From IMG/VR virus record IMGVR_UViG_3300047496_000172, positions 1 to 64,000 of that record: a stretch of DNA of 64,000 nucleotides; one strand, given 5' to 3'. The notes under the pieces were generated by a model. That model saw only the letters and a program-made list of their open reading frames with translations, was not told the origin of the DNA and did not search any database. Shown here piece by piece: positions 58,516 through 64,000 of this stretch (the first letter of the stretch is position 1; each line of letters begins with the position of its first letter). The translations under genes and the position numbers were made by a program. This DNA comes from a virus.

Positions 58516-58778
58516 CTTATGTTAATATAAGTTTCCTATCCATTTGAGAGGAAATAATATGTTAAAATTTGGTAAGCGATAATGGAACAGTCAGATATGC
58601 TCGCGAAATATAAACGCGAAAAAGAATCGGCTTATCGCAATTTTCGTCTTAATAAACGGTTCATGGCATTTGATATGATAAAAATGAAAGGCGAACGATA
58701 ATTCGTCAGTGGTTCAGAGATCGATTGAAAAATCTAAAAACTGCTTGACTTAACCTGATTTTTTTCGTAGATAAAAGA

Positions 58779-58913
58779 GGCCGGTCTTATGACTTAACAG
58801 AGACCTAAAATAAGTTAGTCCGGTTTTCCAAGGGTTCCGAGAAACCCGATGCTGTTGTTAGAAATAGTAACCATTCTTAAAAAAGCCCTCGACGTTGCCA
58901 ACGTCGAGGGCTT
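58779..58913 (+). ncRNA. Putative small pseudoknotted RNA with its own promoter and palindromic end
   Basis: TTGACT-17-TAGATA promoter; GGTCT/AGACC stem whose loop pairs with GTTAGTC; perfect palindrome at 58883-58913. Confidence 0.5.
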
Positions 58914-58962
58914 GACTATAATTAAATGTCAATTATAATGATCATAATAAAGGAGATTTATT

Positions 58963-59580
58963 ATGAAATTTGAAAAACAACTTCTTGTTCTGCGCTCACA
59001 CCTTATCGGAGCCAAATATTATAATGCTTTGTCCGCAATGGAATTCGCGGCGAAATATCACACTGGTATGCGTAAAGATGGTGTGACTCATGAATTTTCA
59101 CACCAAACGAGCATCGCCCTTCATGCGCTGACCCTTCCCGATCTCATGTTCCGCGAAGAAGTCATCGCGACGATTTTCCTGCATGATGTGCGTGAAGATT
59201 ACGGGATCACAGACACCGAAGTTCGAAACCTCTTCAATGATGAAAAGTTCGCAGAGCGTGTTGCTCAAGCTGTTGAACGGATGACTAAAGAATTCCGTGG
59301 TGTGAAATGTGATGAAGAAGAACTCTTCGCCATCATGGCTACCGATCCTATTGCCAGTATCGCCAAAGGTTGCGACAGAGTCCACAACTTCCAATCAATG
59401 GTTGGTGTGTTCACGAAGACCAAGCAACAGTCTTATATTGCGGAATGTAAGGCTCTTTTCTTCCCGATGCTTAAGACTGCTCGTAGAAACTTTCCACACC
59501 AAGTCATGGCTTATGAAAATATCAAGCATACTCTTCGAAGCCAAATCGAACTGATTGAAGCTATGCATGAGCATATGTAA
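58963..59580 (+). CDS. HD-domain hydrolase (RelA/SpoT/Mesh1-like)
   Basis: H.G.RKDG...F.H, LHDV.ED, TK and K..DR.HN. Confidence 0.85.
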   Translation: MKFEKQLLVLRSHLIGAKYYNALSAMEFAAKYHTGMRKDGVTHEFSHQTSIALHALTLPDLMFREEVIATIFLHDVREDYGITDTEVRNLFNDEKFAERVAQAVERMTKEFRGVKCDEEELFAIMATDPIASIAKGCDRVHNFQSMVGVFTKTKQQSYIAECKALFFPMLKTARRNFPHQVMAYENIKHTLRSQIELIEAMHEHM

Positions 59581-59867
59581 TGAAAATAATGTTAGAACTC
59601 AGAATGAATAGAATCAATGTTGCGTTCGGTAACGGCAAATATTTACCTAATGGGTTGCCATTTGTTTTTAGTATAGAAGCTGATATTTTGGAAGTATTGC
59701 CTTGGCTTGTGGAACATGCTGGCCAAGAATTTCATACCCACGCTGCTTTTGAAGAGCGCGGATGGAGAATGCATTGGGTCGATTATGGAAAGGATCATGG
59801 TTATAATGCGCTATATTTTACACATGATGTTGATCTAATTCATTTTAAGATGCGATGGGTAGGTTAA
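59580..59867 (+). CDS. FKMRW-family small protein
   Basis: LYFTHDVDLIHFKMRWVG. Confidence 0.75.
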   Translation: MKIMLELRMNRINVAFGNGKYLPNGLPFVFSIEADILEVLPWLVEHAGQEFHTHAAFEERGWRMHWVDYGKDHGYNALYFTHDVDLIHFKMRWVG

Positions 59868-59936
59868 AAAATAATAGATTGACAAACTAAAAAAATTTGT
59901 TATACCAATTTTATCATTAGAACTTAACCAAAGGAT

Positions 59937-60710
59937 ATGAATATGGGTTTTTTCAGTGCGCTTCTGGGTGCAGAAGCGAAGCATGCTGTGCGAGCCGTAA
60001 GTGATCAGATCGTAGCGATGGACCCTTCGACAGCTTCGGCGGCCCAATTGCAAACGATGGAACAAGACCTTGATCGGGTCGGCAGGGAACTGGCCAAGTT
60101 CCAAGCGGAAGCTCTCCGCGAAAATGGCGAAGTCATTAAGATTCAAACTCAATATGATCGTCTTGTAGCCGCCGCCGCAAAGATGACTGCGGATTATGAC
60201 GCGGAAACAGATGAAACTCGCAAGACAGGTTTGGGCATGAGCCTTTCGGGCCTCATGGAAACCTGCGAAAAGCTAAAGTCCGATCTTGCTACGGAAGCCC
60301 AACACAAGGCGGATGCTGACGCTCTGGTTGCTGAAACTGAATCGATCTACAAGGCCAAGGGCGCCGATGTTCTCACCGCCAGAAAGAACCTTGAAAGTGC
60401 GGCACGCGATATGGCCCGCGCTCAAGTTGAGAAGGAACATACCGGTATGATGGCGGAAAATGCCGCGCGTGTTGCCGGTCTTCGAAATAACGAAATCGAC
60501 GGTCTGCATGGTGCGCTCGATGCCATGGCCCGCAAGACGGCGGACGCTAAGGCGGTGGCGGAAGCCAATCGTCTCAAGGTCCAAGTATTGTCACATGTTG
60601 ACGCTGGTAGCGTTGACGACCCCAACGTGAAAGCGGCCTTGGCTGCTGTCTCGGGTGCTCCCAGCACGCAATCCTTTGCGGATCGTCTGGCTGCGCTGAA
60701 GTCCAAGTAA
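59937..60710 (+). CDS. PspA/IM30 (YjfJ-like) coiled-coil protein
   Basis: MGFFSAL...DP, a long coiled coil and C-terminal DRLAALK. Confidence 0.75.
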   Translation: MNMGFFSALLGAEAKHAVRAVSDQIVAMDPSTASAAQLQTMEQDLDRVGRELAKFQAEALRENGEVIKIQTQYDRLVAAAAKMTADYDAETDETRKTGLGMSLSGLMETCEKLKSDLATEAQHKADADALVAETESIYKAKGADVLTARKNLESAARDMARAQVEKEHTGMMAENAARVAGLRNNEIDGLHGALDAMARKTADAKAVAEANRLKVQVLSHVDAGSVDDPNVKAALAAVSGAPSTQSFADRLAALKSK

Positions 60711-60746
60711 ACCATCATCACTTAACAGAAAAGGAATTACATTAAA

Positions 60747-61514
60747 ATGATTAAGCGTAGTTTTATCGGTATTCTAGCAGTGGTGGGCATGCTTGCCTCC
60801 GCTTGTAGCCCGCAACCTCAACAGGTTTATCAGCAACCCGTCGCCGTTTCACAAGTCCAGCAAGTTCAGGCTCCACAGCCAAAGCTCTACAATTCGGTTC
60901 AAGACTGTCAGTCTGACCAGACGAACGTCAACCCTCAACTGTGCGCTACGGCTTTTGCTCAATCTCAAGCCCAACTGACACATTATAATTCATATGCTTC
61001 TTGTTCGGCATATGGCTACAACGACTGCGTTGATCATGGTGGCTGGTTTGGTCCTATGATGACGGGCTTCATGCTCGGCGCCATGACCAACGGTTATTAC
61101 GGTTCGCCGGTCTATGTTCTCCATGGTGGCTACTATGGCGGCGGTTATTACGGACATGCTCTGAATTATGGAGCCCCAATTCGTGTCGGCGGCCATTATG
61201 TTCTCTCCCATGATGTTGTGGTTCATCAACACGTCTATGTGTCTCAACATGCGGCGCCAGCGGCTGTCGTAACTCGCGCCGGGTTCGGCGGTTCTCAGGT
61301 TGCCTCGGTTTCTGCGCCCCGTCCCTCTGTCGCGGCTCCTTCGGCGGCGGCGACTGTTCAACGCGGCGGGTTCGGCGGCGGCTTTGGTGGGGCGACGACG
61401 GTTAACAGCGGCTATCATGCTTCTCCTGCCTATGCGTCTTCTTATCGATCTTCGTCTTCGGGTTCATCCTATCACTCCTCGTTTTCTTCTAGCGGAAGCA
61501 GCCGTCGTCGTTAA
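60747..61514 (+). CDS. DUF1190 (YgiB/YjfM-like) lipoprotein
   Basis: Lipobox LASAC, Y.S..DC...C, Y.S...C...C, P.M.GF.LG and RGGFG. Confidence 0.8.
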   Translation: MIKRSFIGILAVVGMLASACSPQPQQVYQQPVAVSQVQQVQAPQPKLYNSVQDCQSDQTNVNPQLCATAFAQSQAQLTHYNSYASCSAYGYNDCVDHGGWFGPMMTGFMLGAMTNGYYGSPVYVLHGGYYGGGYYGHALNYGAPIRVGGHYVLSHDVVVHQHVYVSQHAAPAAVVTRAGFGGSQVASVSAPRPSVAAPSAAATVQRGGFGGGFGGATTVNSGYHASPAYASSYRSSSSGSSYHSSFSSSGSSRRR

Positions 61515-61520
61515 GAATCT

Positions 61521-61552
61521 AGGCGGGCAAGTCCCGCCTTCTTTCTTTTTTA
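61521..61552 (+). terminator. Intra-operon hairpin or terminator
   Basis: AGGCGGG-CAAGT-CCCGCCT followed by a T-rich tail. Confidence 0.7.
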
Positions 61553-61568
61553 CTGAAGGAAAAAACAA

Positions 61569-62786
61569 ATGAAGCGAATTACACTCACTCCCCGTCCTAC
61601 TTGGCAGAACAATGTTCAAGCTGTTGGATTTAATTGGCATACGCCAAATTTCAATCCATATTGGAATGAAGCCGCTGCCTACCAATTTACCGCCGCCGAA
61701 ATTGAGTCTATTAGACAAGCAACGGTAGATGTTAATGGTATGATGCTCGATACTATCGATGCCATTATTACCAGCCGGTCCCTTCCCATTTTTGGTTATT
61801 CCGATGATCTCATTGCAGTAATTGAAAAGAGTTGGGCAGAAACTGAAGAACCTACCATGTTCGGTCGTTTCGACTTTGCTGTAAATGGAAACGATATCAA
61901 GCTTCTCGACTATAACGGTGATTATCCCAGCACTTTTGTTGAAGCTGGCGCCGTCCAAGCGGCTTGGAAGGATGAAGTTTTTCCAGAATTGTCACAATTC
62001 AATGATATTCATGCAGCGACAGTCGATGTTTTTCGTGATATCGCCAATACTCTTCGCGGTCAGCTTCGAACGGATGGTGCTCCTGATTTCCGAAATGTTT
62101 ATATCGGCGGCATGTCTCCAGATGTAGAAATCGACGGTGTTGCGGCATATCTCCAACGTGTCGCTCAAGAAGGCGGTCTCGCGACTCGATTCATTTCCTT
62201 TTCGGATATTGGCCGCGCCGTAGAAAATTTCTATGATGAAGATGATGATCTTTATGAGGTTGTTACTTTTGTCGATCTCCAAAATCAGCCGATTACCAAT
62301 CTGATTCATCTTGCGCCTCTTAACTGGATGTTGGCTGGTACTTTCGGGCCTGACTTGATCAACCAAGTTGTGCAAGGTCGGATTCGTCTGATCGAACCGG
62401 CATGGAAGATTTTGGCTTCAAATAAGCGTCTCATGGTCGAAATGTGGAATCGAAATGCCTTTCATCCAAATCTTCTGAAGACTTCAACCATTGTCGAACC
62501 GGAATTTCCACTTCTTGGATATGTGTCAAAGCCCGTCACCGGTCAAGGTGGACAGAACGTAACGATCTTTGGCCCCAATAACCAAATCGTAGATCAAACC
62601 CAAGGTGATTTAGCCAGCGAACAAATGATCTATCAAGAGCGCGCCAATTTGTCCGAAACCGATGGCAACTTTGCCGTCGTTAATTCTTGGTGGATCGGTG
62701 GTCAAAGCGTTGGTTTGGGTATTCATGAGGCATCCGTGCCTATTATTGATGCATCCGGAACATTTGTTCCACATGTTATTGTCTAA
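61569..62786 (+). CDS. Glutathionylspermidine synthase family ATP-grasp protein (YgiC/YjfC-like)
   Basis: R..W...GF, YW.E..Y.F, GRFDF, EP.WK...NK, KP, YQE and FVPH. Confidence 0.88.
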   Translation: MKRITLTPRPTWQNNVQAVGFNWHTPNFNPYWNEAAAYQFTAAEIESIRQATVDVNGMMLDTIDAIITSRSLPIFGYSDDLIAVIEKSWAETEEPTMFGRFDFAVNGNDIKLLDYNGDYPSTFVEAGAVQAAWKDEVFPELSQFNDIHAATVDVFRDIANTLRGQLRTDGAPDFRNVYIGGMSPDVEIDGVAAYLQRVAQEGGLATRFISFSDIGRAVENFYDEDDDLYEVVTFVDLQNQPITNLIHLAPLNWMLAGTFGPDLINQVVQGRIRLIEPAWKILASNKRLMVEMWNRNAFHPNLLKTSTIVEPEFPLLGYVSKPVTGQGGQNVTIFGPNNQIVDQTQGDLASEQMIYQERANLSETDGNFAVVNSWWIGGQSVGLGIHEASVPIIDASGTFVPHVIV

Positions 62787-62919
62787 AGGAGGGAAATATG
62801 TATGTAAATGATTTGGCCAATACAAAGGACCAAGTGATTTAAGTTCCTACCGAAGGCGGTCTGCTGATTTTGGAGGCTGGACATAAACCCAAGTATCCAA
62901 TTTATGGATGTTCGAAATT

Positions 62920-62945
62920 AGGGAGCCTTTTGGCTCCCTTTTTTG
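62920..62945 (+). terminator. Intrinsic terminator
   Basis: AGGGAGCC-TTTT-GGCTCCCT followed by a T run. Confidence 0.85.
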
Positions 62946-63057
62946 TATTTTTAGAAATAGACTTTTTGATCTCCATTGCGGTAATATTAAAAATTACCAC
63001 AATAAGCATTATGTTAATTATTAACTAAATACTTTTTGAACATATGGAGACAAATGT

Positions 63058-64000
63058 ATGACTACTAATTTGTTTGATTTCTTTAAAGAAAACTTTGCTA
63101 AGACCAAAGTAGAATATCTCGGGTTAGAAGAGTATCTTACCATTTGTAAGAATGATCATTTAGCTTATGCCACTGCTGCCGAGAGAATGGTACATGCTAT
63201 TGGAAAACCGGTTAGCATAGATACATCTAACGATCCAAGATTATCTCGTATTTTTATGAATCGAACAATAAAAATTTATCCATCTTTCAAAGATTTTTAT
63301 GGGATGGAAGATACGATTGAGCGCGTCGTATCATTTTTCAAACATTCAGCCCAAGGTTTGGAAGAACGTAAACAAATCCTTTATTTGCTTGGTCCAGTAG
63401 GGGGCGGAAAGTCTTCCTTGGCGGAACGTTTGAAGGCTCTTATGGAAGCGTATCCTATATACGTTTTGTGTGCTGGTGAAGAACTAAGTCCAGTGTTTGA
63501 GACTCCTTTGGGTCTTTTTCCTGGTGAACGTTACGCCGAGATCATTAAGGATCAATATGGTATTGATTCTCGTTATCTGAACAATATTTTGAGTCCATGG
63601 GCGGTAAAACGTTTAAAAGAATTTGATGGTGATATCTCTAAATTTCGTGTTGCCAAAATCATTCCTTCTCGGTTGGAACAAATCGCTATTTGTAAAACTG
63701 AACCCGGCGATGAAAATAATCAGGATATATCCTGTTTAGTTGGGAAGACTGATATTCGCAAACTTGAATATTTCAGCCAAAATGATCCGGATGCCTATTC
63801 TTTTTCTGGTGCGCTCTGCCGCGCTAACCAAGGGCTAATGGAATTTGTAGAAATGTTCAAGGCTCCGATCAAAGTTCTTCACCCATTATTGACCGCCACC
63901 CAGGAAGGCAATTACGTAGGAACTGAAGCCATTAGCGCAATTCCTTTTAACGGGATTATCCTGGCACACAGTAATATGAGCGAATGGTTAACTTTCAAAA
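63058..64000 (+). CDS. prkA: PrkA/YeaG family serine kinase/AAA protein, running off the window
   Basis: Own translation: RLSRIF.NR, GLEERKQILYLLGPVGGGKSSLAE, EPGDENNQDIS.LVGK and ANQGLMEFVEMFKAPIK. Confidence 0.95.
   Translation, partial: MTTNLFDFFKENFAKTKVEYLGLEEYLTICKNDHLAYATAAERMVHAIGKPVSIDTSNDPRLSRIFMNRTIKIYPSFKDFYGMEDTIERVVSFFKHSAQGLEERKQILYLLGPVGGGKSSLAERLKALMEAYPIYVLCAGEELSPVFETPLGLFPGERYAEIIKDQYGIDSRYLNNILSPWAVKRLKEFDGDISKFRVAKIIPSRLEQIAICKTEPGDENNQDISCLVGKTDIRKLEYFSQNDPDAYSFSGALCRANQGLMEFVEMFKAPIKVLHPLLTATQEGNYVGTEAISAIPFNGIILAHSNMSEWLTFK

Noticed and set aside
1-64000. Genome-wide UGA-to-Trp or UAG recoding
   Set aside because: Conserved genes are full length in code 11, and TGA ends genes at expected positions (for example 8395 and ATGA overlaps). 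Only the release factor has a convincing internal TGA.
1-64000. CRISPR array or rRNA
   Set aside because: No regularly spaced direct repeats or rRNA-like sequence were seen by eye.

Overview
This 64-kb window is part of an AT-rich jumbo myophage genome, distantly T4-like. Evidence: gp13/gp14/gp15-like neck and tail genes, a recurrent TAAATA late-promoter motif, class II RNR, glutaredoxins, NAD-dependent ligase, a dNMP kinase and homing endonucleases. A PEPxxWA-CTERM protein and many apparently leaderless transcripts suggest an alphaproteobacterial host (inference). Host-like modules include an ABC transporter operon whose ATPase carries an intein, a PspA/DUF1190/glutathionylspermidine-synthase-like operon, PrkA, MAP, Pth2, a GatB/Yqey domain, an HD hydrolase, a RING/TerD protein and an Acb1-like 2H phosphoesterase. 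The best candidate for an undescribed system is a set of translation-sensing switches on phage spare parts. Both tRNA loci are directly preceded by a leaderless mini-ORF enriched in codons read by the downstream tRNA(s), with a hairpin over its stop codon. The phage class I release factor has a hybrid SPT motif and an in-frame UGA exactly at a conserved Trp position. Other notable items: a ~530-nt structured non-coding region, two small structured RNAs, a 54-bp micro-inversion that breaks a ferritin-like gene, a perfect 27-bp inverted repeat around two tRNAs, a dispersed family of about 14 small 'FK(L/M)xW/F' proteins, and a family of putative capsid-packaged proteins. All protein calls come from motif recognition by eye; no searches were run.
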